Below are positions 17,866-26,200 of a stretch of 63,992 nucleotides of DNA, piece after piece. The stretch comes from an uncultured Acidobacteriota bacterium. GTDB lineage: Bacteria; Acidobacteriota; Polarisedimenticolia; Polarisedimenticolales; DASRJG01. Position numbers and translations under genes: made by a program. Below the pieces are notes generated by a model, which worked only from the letters and a program-made list of their open reading frames with translations, made no database searches and was not told where the DNA came from. Within the stretch, counting starts at the first letter, position 1. The number at the start of each line of letters is the position of its first letter. The stretch lies in the NCBI GenBank assembly GCA_964619965.1, contig CAZUGP010000055.1, forward strand, positions 1 to 63,992, in the 5' to 3' direction.

Positions 17866-19073
17866 AGCGACGCGCGATCGTCGCGGGGGTCGTCTTGCTG
17901 GCTCTAGCCGGCGCTTTCGCGATCTACGCCGTGAGGAGCGGTGCGCAGCGGCGAATGGGTCGCCATGGATCGCCCGCTTCGGGCTCAGGCCGTCCGGCGG
18001 ACGAAGCGACCGTCGCGCGATTACAAGGGATACCGTTTTATCGCGCGCTGCTCCGGGGCAACGCGCTCCGCTCGGGTTCGGTCGACCGCGACGGGACCCT
18101 GCACCTCGAGGTTGACCTTCGCGCCCTCGTTGCGACCCGGCTCAACACCCTTGGCTTCACGGACGCGGCCGAGCTCCTCCCGCTGACCGCGCGGGGAACG
18201 ATCGTCATAGAAAGCCCGAATGGAGCGACATCGGCCCGGGGGCTGCGCGAATCGTGGATCCTCGACGCGCCCGCCGCCGTATTCGACCTCTTGGACCGGC
18301 ATCCAGTCGGTGAAGGCGCCTCTTTGGCCCTGGATGCGATTCCCGGCACGCCCTCCGCCTTGGTACGCGTGCGCCTTAGCCCCTCGCATCTTGCCGACCC
18401 GTCGTTCGGCGGCACCGCCTTGGCGTCGTGGCGCGACCGCGCAGCGATCGCTGAGAAACTGCTTGGGCGCCCGTTACGTGCCGAGATTGCGGAAGATCTT
18501 GCCGGGCCCGCCGTCTTCGCGCTCTACGACACCGAAGGCGACACGGAGGCCGAGGCGATCCTCGCCGTCGAATTGCGGCGGTCGGATCGGATCGCGGGGC
18601 TCCTCGACATGCTGTTCGCCCTCGGCGCTTTGACCGAGCGCGCCACGGTTCGCCGGTACCGGGGGATCGCCTCAGGATCGTTTGTGTCGGACTCCTTACG
18701 TCCTGGTCTGGCTTTGGCGGTAGATGGCCCCATCCTCTTCGTGGCGACGTCGCGCGCGCGCCTGGAATCCGCGATCGACGCTCGTCGCGCCGGCCCGGAA
18801 CGCGTCGGGAGCTTGCCCGCGGTTGCCGGCGACTCCGCCGCGAGTTGGAACGCCGTTTCGGCATCGTCTTTCGTGGCCCATGGCTGGTCCCGCCTGGCCC
18901 GTTCGGTGGACGACCAAAAGCGGGGCAGTGCAACGACGAGGGCGGCGCTCTGGCCCGAGGGAAGTTCCGGGTGGCGCCTCGAGGGATCGGGACCGGCTCC
19001 GGCGATCACCGCAGATCCGCTCCTGCCTTTTCTTCGGGGGGTCTTCGGGCAGCGTCAGCGCGAAGGAGACTGA
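17862..19073 (+). CDS. Membrane-anchored hypothetical protein (possibly DUF3352-like)
   Basis: MKRRAIVAGVVLLALAGAFAIYAV is an N-terminal TM anchor. I recognised no catalytic motif. The family guess is weak. Confidence 0.45.
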   Translation: MKRRAIVAGVVLLALAGAFAIYAVRSGAQRRMGRHGSPASGSGRPADEATVARLQGIPFYRALLRGNALRSGSVDRDGTLHLEVDLRALVATRLNTLGFTDAAELLPLTARGTIVIESPNGATSARGLRESWILDAPAAVFDLLDRHPVGEGASLALDAIPGTPSALVRVRLSPSHLADPSFGGTALASWRDRAAIAEKLLGRPLRAEIAEDLAGPAVFALYDTEGDTEAEAILAVELRRSDRIAGLLDMLFALGALTERATVRRYRGIASGSFVSDSLRPGLALAVDGPILFVATSRARLESAIDARRAGPERVGSLPAVAGDSAASWNAVSASSFVAHGWSRLARSVDDQKRGSATTRAALWPEGSSGWRLEGSGPAPAITADPLLPFLRGVFGQRQREGD

Positions 19074-19756
19074 CTGGTCCGGGCGACGTGATCGAGGACC
19101 TTGAGCACGTACCAGGTGGTCTCCGCGAAGGGAGGAATGCCGTGATGGCGATCGACCGCCCCTTCTCCGGCGTTGTACCCGGCCAGCGCGAGATCGACTT
19201 GTCCGTCGAAGCGGTCGAGAAGCCAGCGCAGATACCGCGCCCCGGCGTCGATGTTCTGCGTCGCGTCGAAGACGTTTCTCACGCCGAAGCGCTTCACCGT
19301 CTGCGGCATGAGCTGAAGGATGCCGCAGGCCCCTTTCGGCGAGACGGCGTACGGATTGAAATTCGATTCGATCTTGGCGACCGCCGCGAGTAAGGCCCGG
19401 TCGAGCGCGTTGCGGTCGGCCGCCGCGGCGATAGCGTCCGCGTAGCGACCGGCGGCGGCGCGCCACTTCTCGTTCACGCGCAAATCGTCGACCAACGCGG
19501 CCGCTTCGATCGCGCGGCTTTCGTTCTCCGCAGGCCGCGGATCTTCGGCGTCGATCGCACGCTCGATCGCCATGATCGAGCTCGCGGGCACCCCCAGTTC
19601 GCCGCCGTCTTCCAGCGTCAGCCGCGCCAGGCCGTCAGCGAGCTCGAAACCGCTCACCCTTATGCCGCGGCCGTCCTCGAAGACGACGAGGTCGGTCGCC
19701 GAAATGGTCGTCCCGCCAAGGCAGGCGACCAGAATCACGGGGACAACGACGCGCAT
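19055..19756 (-). CDS. Lytic transglycosylase (SLT domain) protein
   Basis: After a signal peptide, the protein reads AVAKIESNFNPYAVSPKGACGILQLMPQT...ARYLRWLLDRF..ALAGYNAGEGAV. This contains the catalytic Glu in the ES motif plus the GLMQ-like and AYNAG motifs. Confidence 0.85.
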   Translation of the reverse strand: MRVVVPVILVACLGGTTISATDLVVFEDGRGIRVSGFELADGLARLTLEDGGELGVPASSIMAIERAIDAEDPRPAENESRAIEAAALVDDLRVNEKWRAAAGRYADAIAAAADRNALDRALLAAVAKIESNFNPYAVSPKGACGILQLMPQTVKRFGVRNVFDATQNIDAGARYLRWLLDRFDGQVDLALAGYNAGEGAVDRHHGIPPFAETTWYVLKVLDHVARTSQSPSR

Positions 19757-19790
19757 GGCTCCCCCTCTATACGGGGTATTCGTCCTGCCG

Positions 19791-21539
19791 TCAACGGCGC
19801 CTGAAGGCCCGCTCGATCTCGTCCAAGGTCAGCCGGAAGATAATGGGCCGCCCGTGCGGGCAAGTCGTCGGATTCTTCGTCTGAAAAAGGTCGTCCAGAA
19901 GACGCTGCATGCCCTCGCGGGTCAGGGGGTAGTTGACCTTGATCGCCGCCTGGCAGGCGGCGCTCGTCACCAGCCTGAGGCGCAGGTCGTCGAGGCCGGT
20001 CGCCACGCTTCGCGTTCGCGCGGCTTCCCCCAGGAGCTCACGGAGCAGTCGATCGGGGGCGACGTCCTTCGCGAACGCCGGAACGCCGTCCAATTTCACG
20101 GCGTTCCCGCCGAACGGCTCGAGGAGGAAACCGAGGCGCTCGAACTCCCCCGCCTCCGAGGCAAAAACCACGGCCTCGTCCGCGGCAAGCTCGATCATTC
20201 GAGGGAAAAGCAGACGCTGCACGTGAACCTCGCCGCGCTCGGCCTCCTCGAGGTAGCGCTCGAACAGGACGCGTTCGTGAGCCACGTGTTGGTCGACGAG
20301 CAACAAGCCCTCCCGATCTTGCGCGACGATGTACGAGTCTCTGTACTGCGCCAACGGAACCGCCCGCCGGCCGGGATCGACCGCAGCACTCGTGTCCTCG
20401 AGGAGGCTCGATGCCGAGCCGGGCTCGCGCGGCGCGTAGACCCGGGGGGGAGGCTCGGCGACCGCGGCGTAGCGTGAGAGCGCCGCCGCGACCGAAACAA
20501 GCGGGGCGGACGGCGGCGACGAGGGCAGAAGGTCCGCAAGGCCGGGTACGGCGACGCGGTGCGAGAGGGCCTGCGAGATCGCATCCCGTACCGCGTCGTG
20601 CACCTCGGACGAACGGTCGAAACGCACCTCGCTTTTTTGAGGGTGCACGTTGACGTCGACGCGCGCGGGGTCGATCTCGACGAACAAGAGCATGGCCGGA
20701 TAGAGGCCGCGGGCCACCGAATTGCCGTAGGCCGCGGCGATCGCATGCGTAAGGACGCGGTCGTGAACGAGGCGCCCGTTCACGAAGAGGTGCTGGGTGT
20801 CGCGCCGCGACAGGGCGTCAACCGGCCGTCCGGCGAAACCGCTGACCCCTAGGCCCGCACCCTCGGAGGTGAACGGCACCAGCTTTCCCGCGAGCTCACG
20901 CCCGTGGACCTGAGCGATACGCTCCGGTCGATCGACCGCCTTCGGCGCGTCGAGCAATCGCCGCCCCTCGTGCTCCAACAGGAACCGGACCGACGGATGC
21001 GCGACCGCGTAGTGCGAGAGCGTACGAATGATGTGAGCGAGCTCGGTCGGAGCGGCCCTCAAGAACTTACGCCGCGCCGGGACGTTGAAGAAGATCCCTC
21101 CCACCTCGATCGTCGTGCCCCGCGATCGCGCAACCTCGCGCACGCCTCCGATCCGGCCGGCCCGAACCTCGATCTCGGTGGCGCAGCTATCGCGCGCCGC
21201 GGTGCGTAAGAGAAAGCGGGAGACGGCAGCGATACTCGGCAGCGCCTCTCCTCGAAACCCGAGGGTCGCGATGGCCGCCAAGTCCTCGAAGCTCCTGAGC
21301 TTGCTCGTGGCATGCCGCTCCAGGGCGAGAAGCGCGTCGTCGCGCTCCATCCCTTCCCCGTCGTCGGCGACGACGATCCGACGCCGGCCCCCGTCCTCAA
21401 CACGCACTTCGATGGACCCCGCCCCGGCGTCCAGGCTGTTCTCGACGAGCTCCTTGACGACAGAGGCGGGCCGCTCGACGACTTCTCCAGCCGCGATGCG
21501 ATTGACGAGATGGTCATCCAGGACTCGGATCCGACCCAC
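19791..21539 (-). CDS. mutL: DNA mismatch repair protein MutL
   Basis: IRVLDDHLVNRIAAGEVVERPASVVKELVENSLDAGA and GFRGEALPSIA are present, and the C-terminal dimerisation and endonuclease region contains ACQAAIK and CPHGRP. I chose the GTG at 21539. In-frame ATGs at 21572, 21599 and 21629 are alternatives. Confidence 0.88.
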   Translation of the reverse strand: MGRIRVLDDHLVNRIAAGEVVERPASVVKELVENSLDAGAGSIEVRVEDGGRRRIVVADDGEGMERDDALLALERHATSKLRSFEDLAAIATLGFRGEALPSIAAVSRFLLRTAARDSCATEIEVRAGRIGGVREVARSRGTTIEVGGIFFNVPARRKFLRAAPTELAHIIRTLSHYAVAHPSVRFLLEHEGRRLLDAPKAVDRPERIAQVHGRELAGKLVPFTSEGAGLGVSGFAGRPVDALSRRDTQHLFVNGRLVHDRVLTHAIAAAYGNSVARGLYPAMLLFVEIDPARVDVNVHPQKSEVRFDRSSEVHDAVRDAISQALSHRVAVPGLADLLPSSPPSAPLVSVAAALSRYAAVAEPPPRVYAPREPGSASSLLEDTSAAVDPGRRAVPLAQYRDSYIVAQDREGLLLVDQHVAHERVLFERYLEEAERGEVHVQRLLFPRMIELAADEAVVFASEAGEFERLGFLLEPFGGNAVKLDGVPAFAKDVAPDRLLRELLGEAARTRSVATGLDDLRLRLVTSAACQAAIKVNYPLTREGMQRLLDDLFQTKNPTTCPHGRPIIFRLTLDEIERAFRRR

Positions 21540-21830
21540 GAGAGCCCCTGCAAAGGTCACGCGAAGCGTCATGTCCGCGCTCGACGTAAGGCGCGCCATT
21601 CTTGCACGGGCGCCCGTGGGCAGCGCCACCCCGGCGCGACTCCCGAGGGAGGAACTAAATCACCACGGAATCGATCGACTTTCATCGACATTCGAGACGG
21701 CGCGTAATCCCGCCGGATTGCGCCCGCATTTCGAGCCGCGACTTGTGCTCCGCGTCCGGATGGCAACCGGTGAGGACCCGGCACGCCGGTTGCTGTATGT
21801 CCTTAGCGAGGGGTTCCTCAGGAGAACGCG

Positions 21831-22190
21831 ATGATCTTCCCATTGATGCAAAAAGAGCTCTCCATCGATGACTACGTGGATCGCGACGAGGAATGCCGTT
21901 TCTCGACTCTTCTCGCGGACACCCACGCCGAGAGCCAGGAAGAGAAGATCTACCACCGCGAGGTTGGAGCGATCGTCGAACGGGCGCTGGGTCGCCTGGA
22001 TGAGCGAGAGCTTCACATCATCAGGAACCGTTTCGGCCTTCTCGGCGGGCAGGAGCAAACGCTCGAGGAGATCGGAAAGCGAATGAATCTCAGCCGTGAA
22101 CGGGTTCGTCAGCTCGAACGCGAGGCGAAGGACAAGCTCCGCGTTTGCCTCGGTCCCCAGCGCGGAAACCTCAGGTTCTCATTGGCCTGA
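21831..22190 (+). CDS. Stand-alone sigma-70 region 3.2/4 fragment protein (119 aa)
   Basis: LDERELHIIRNRFGLLGGQEQTLEEIGKRMNLSRERVRQLEREAKDKLR is a textbook region 4.1/4.2 HTH, preceded by a region 3.2-like acidic linker. An AGGAG lies 6 nt before the ATG. An in-frame TAG closes the frame about 28 nt upstream. No region 1-3 is detectable in any frame upstream. Confidence 0.7.
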   Translation: MIFPLMQKELSIDDYVDRDEECRFSTLLADTHAESQEEKIYHREVGAIVERALGRLDERELHIIRNRFGLLGGQEQTLEEIGKRMNLSRERVRQLEREAKDKLRVCLGPQRGNLRFSLA

Positions 22191-22206
22191 CCCTCTAATC
22201 CCCCCC

Positions 22207-22258
22207 GCGGCCGCCGCCGGTACCCCCCCAATCCCCCGCTTCAGCCGGCGGCGGCCGC
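22207..22258. terminator. Bidirectional GC-rich hairpin between convergent genes
   Basis: GCGGCCGCCGCCGG (22207-22220) is the exact reverse complement of CCGGCGGCGGCCGC (22245-22258), with a 24-nt C-rich loop between them. It lies 17 nt after the sigma-fragment stop and 20 nt after the stop of the giant ORF. Confidence 0.5.
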
Positions 22259-22278
22259 CCCTCTTCCCGGCTCTCCCA

Positions 22279-23270
22279 TCAGAAGACGGTCCCGATGGCG
22301 AAGATGAGCTCTCCCGCCGACTCGTCGGGCATGCGATCGAGCTTCCACCCGTACTCCACGCGAATCGGCCCGATCGGCGTCTCGAGGCGAAGCCCGAGGC
22401 CTGCCGAGGAGCGCAGGTTGGTCGGGTCGAAATCGCCCACGGTGGGGTAGACGTTGCCGGCGTCCAAGAACAGCTCCCCACGAAGACTGCGCCAGATCGG
22501 GAAATGCCACTCCTCGTTGAGCAGGAGGAGCGCCTCCCCTCCCCCCTTGAATCCGAAGACGTCGAGGCCTCCGACGGAGTCGGTGGCGAAGCCGCGCAGC
22601 GTGTTCGACCCACCGGCGAAGAAGCGCTCGGAGAGTGGGACGATCTGGGTGTCGGAGAAAGGCTGCTGCGCACCGACGCGAAGGAATGTGGCGAACCGGC
22701 TGCCGCGCTTCAACGTCACGGTCCACGATCCGCGCAGGAACAGCTTGACGAAGGAGGCCTCAGATCCGATCGGTTTCGAAAAGACGCTTCCCTCGATCGA
22801 GCCATACCCCCCGCGCGTCGAAACGAACGCGTCGTCACGCGTGTCACGAACGAGCCCGAGGCCGACATCGGCCAGCTGCAGAGCGGACACCTTGTCGTCG
22901 AACTTTTCTTCGAGCGCCGCCTGGAAGTCGCTGATGGCGGAGATCCTGACATCCTGGATGGTGTAACGGAGAAAACGGATCCAGCGCGGCTTCGGCCTCT
23001 GCTCGAGCCGGATCGACAAGGCGCGTCGCGACTCGGTGAACCAGTCTTGCGCCGTCTTCTCGAACAGGATCGAACCGAGCGCATCGATGGTGTTTCCGAA
23101 GACGCTTCGTCGCCGAAGGGTCAAGACTTCGCGGTCTTCCTTGCCGGTGACGCGGGCCTGGACGGCGATCGCGACACCGCGCCCGCCGAGGTTGGAATAG
23201 CCGAAGAGAAAGCTGGCCCGGGGACCGTCCTCCGAGTCGTATCCGACTCCGAAGCCCAGGGACAACGGCG
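22279..23270 (-). other. Omp85-family beta-barrel portion of the fusion ORF
   Basis: It has alternating-hydrophobicity strands, the conserved RGF/RGY-type loop-6 motif (NTLRGF), and a C-terminal aromatic residue (..GTVF). Confidence 0.7.
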
Positions 23271-26200
23271 GAGCCTCGTCGACTTTGACGGTGACCGTCT
23301 GGGCGGCGACGTCGTCACCGCCGAGCGGAACGTAGCTCAGCCTGACGCTGGAGAAGAGGCCGGTGCGGTAGAGCTGCTGCTGGCTCGTCAACAGCGACCG
23401 CTTCGCGACGAGATCACCGCGACCGAACGTCAGCGCCTTCGCGATCGTCCGCTGTTTGGTGACCCGGTTGCCCTCGATCGCGATCGTGCCGACCGTCTTT
23501 CGCTCGCCCGGGGCGATGTCGAACGCGATGTCCGCGGTCTCGCTCAAAAGCTCCACCCGGGATTCGACGTTGACCTCGGGATAGCCCAGGGCATCGAGTC
23601 GATCCTTGAGCAACTGCTCGGACTCCGCGAGGCGGCGCGGGGAGAACGTCTGACCGGGCGCAAGGGGCGTCGAGGCGCGCAACTCCGCCTCGGGCGCCGC
23701 CCCTCCGTCCGAGTACGTCACATCGCCGACCGTGAAGCGCGTTCCCTCGCGAATGGCGACGTCTACTTCCGCGGTTTCCCCCGTCGTGCCTAGAGCGACC
23801 TGAGGCTGCCCGATGAGAACCCGCGCGAAGCCTTCGTCGCGATAGAGGGCCCGCACCGAGGCCAGGTCGGCCGCCAGAACCGACGGGCGCAGCAGAGGCT
23901 TGCGAAGGGACTGGCTCTTCAGCGAGGTCATCTGCTTTTCGACTCGCGCAAGCGGGATCGATTGGACGCCCGTAAAGCGGAGCGCACGCAGCCGCACCGG
24001 CTTTCCGCGATCCACGAGAATGTGAATCGTCCGCCCGGAGGGTCGATCTTCGGGGTGCCACGTCACATCCGCTGCGTAGAAGCCGTCCTCCTGGAGTTGA
24101 TCGAGCAGCGCGCGCGTCGCCTCGTCCCAAAAGTCCGGCGTGTAAGGTGTCTCGCGCGCGAAGGCTTTGAGCGCCTTACGCATGGCGCGCTTCCCCTTGC
24201 CCCCGGCCATCACGAGATCGATCGTGACGCGCGGTCCCTGGACGACGCGGTAGACGATGCGATGCTCTCGTGGGGGGCCCTCGTCCAGGACCGCTTCGGC
24301 GCGGACGCTCGCCTGTGTAAACCCTTTGATCACGAGGGCCGCGCGAACGCGGTCCCCCCCCTGCAGCATGCGCCCACGGTCGAACGGATCGCCGGCGCGG
24401 ATCTTCGTGCTCTTGACGAGATCCGCCCTTGCGATGCCGTCGTCGGCCAGGACCTGGACGGAAGCGACCGTGCCGGTGACGCCGCCCGATGTGCGGGGCA
24501 GGCCGGACTCGCGCCCGGTAACCGCGGATCCGCCGAACTGGCGAGAGTACTGCAATTCTCCGCCCACGCCGGATTCCGTGTCGCTCTCGGCGACGAGGCG
24601 AATGCGTCGCGTGGTGTCCCACGCGATCTGGTACGTTTGCTTCTGCGCCGTTCCGATGTCCTGCGAGAACGCGATCTTGACCGTATCGCTCACCTGCTTG
24701 CCGACCGTGACGCGCGCGGTCGGATCGGACTCCCCCTTCAGCAGGAGCGGCGTGATCTCCAGCTGATCGATGCCGAGCGAATTCTGGATCTGCTTTCCGA
24801 ACGTCGAGCTCAAGAGGCCCGCGAAGTAGTACGCAGCCATGTCGCCCGGGAGTGCGGCAGCCGAGGCCGATCCGCTCAGCGAGTCGAGCGTTTTTCCGGT
24901 CACGAGCAGCGAGATGATGTCCTGCGACGCGAGCGGCGGCGTCGAGGTGATCTCGTAGTCGAACTTGTCCAGGGTGCCTTCGACGTGCAGGGAGATCTCG
25001 TACTCGGCAACGCGTGTCCGGCCGCGAAAGTCGACGTACGGATTGATGCGCGCCGGATCCGTCAAATCGAGCGTTCCGTACTCGATGCGGTAGTCCACGT
25101 CCCGGTACCGGACGGTGCCGCCCGGGATGAGAGCGAAGTGTCCCGTCACCTCCGGGCGCACCAGCTCGCCGCCGAGATGGATCTGTCCCTCCGCCTCGAC
25201 CTTCGCCACGTCGTTGCGGAGCCAGACGTTTCCCGGCGCCACGATGTCGACGTCGAGGAAGACGTTGCGCGGGAACGGCGATTCGGCTGCGGCATCGAAC
25301 TCGCGGTGCGCTCCGCCGAAGAGGCCGACGTCGAAGTCCTTGGAGTACAACCCGCGCACCAACTCGAGGCGGCCGGAGATCGTCGCGCGCTTCGGCGTCC
25401 CGTCGAGCGCGATGCGGCCCTCGTAGGTCCCCTTGAACCCCTCGGGGAACTTGACGACGACGTTCGCGCCGCCAAACTCGGCGTGCAGGGAGGCAGGGGT
25501 GATGCCTTTGAACTCGACGCGGCCGGTCGCGGTGATCTCGCCGCCACCCTGGAACGCGTGAAACGACGAGAGCGTGAGGGTCTGTCCCTGGAAGATCGCC
25601 TCGGCGTCGATCGACTCTAAGGACTGCGGGTAGCCGATGAGGCGCACTCGCCCGTCGCGCACGGCAACCCGCCCCTGCAAATCGGGTTGCTCGAGCCGAC
25701 CGCCGAGCGTTGCGTCGACTTCGACCGGACCCCCGCCGCGCATCTCGGACCAGAGCGACGAGACGACGGCCAGGTCGAGCGAGCCGCGGAGATACCCGGC
25801 GACCTCACCCCCGTCGATCGAACCGCTGCCGGCCAGCTCGACATGAGCGGCATCGCCCTCAAAGCGCGCCGGGCCGAGCACGAAGCGTCCGCTCTCTAAG
25901 CGGAGCGGGAAAGGCTCGGCGGCTTTTAGGACATGCGGTCCGAGGCGAACGGCGACCTGATCGAAAGCGCCGTTGATTTCCATCGCGCGAGGCTGGGTCA
26001 GATCCCCTTCCGCCTGAACTTGTCCCACCACGCGCAGGTCGAAGCTCTCGCCGAAGACTCCTCCCGCGCCGACGACTAAGTCCTCGAAATAGAGAACAGC
26101 CGAGAGCGGAAGCACGCGCGCGAAGCCGAGGAACGCATCGAACGTCCACGCCGCCTCCGGCATCGAGCGGACGGCGAGCTCCAAGCCCCGCGGCGAGATC

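Noticed and set aside
21540-21830. Possible ncRNA or sigma-factor N-terminal remnants in the mutL-to-sigma-fragment spacer
   Set aside because: I read all three plus-strand frames and found no region 1.2, 2 or 3 motifs. Only short weak hairpins are present (for example CAACCGG..CCGGTTG), with no recognisable riboswitch or RNA family. Part of the spacer may be mutL 5' coding sequence if an upstream ATG is used.
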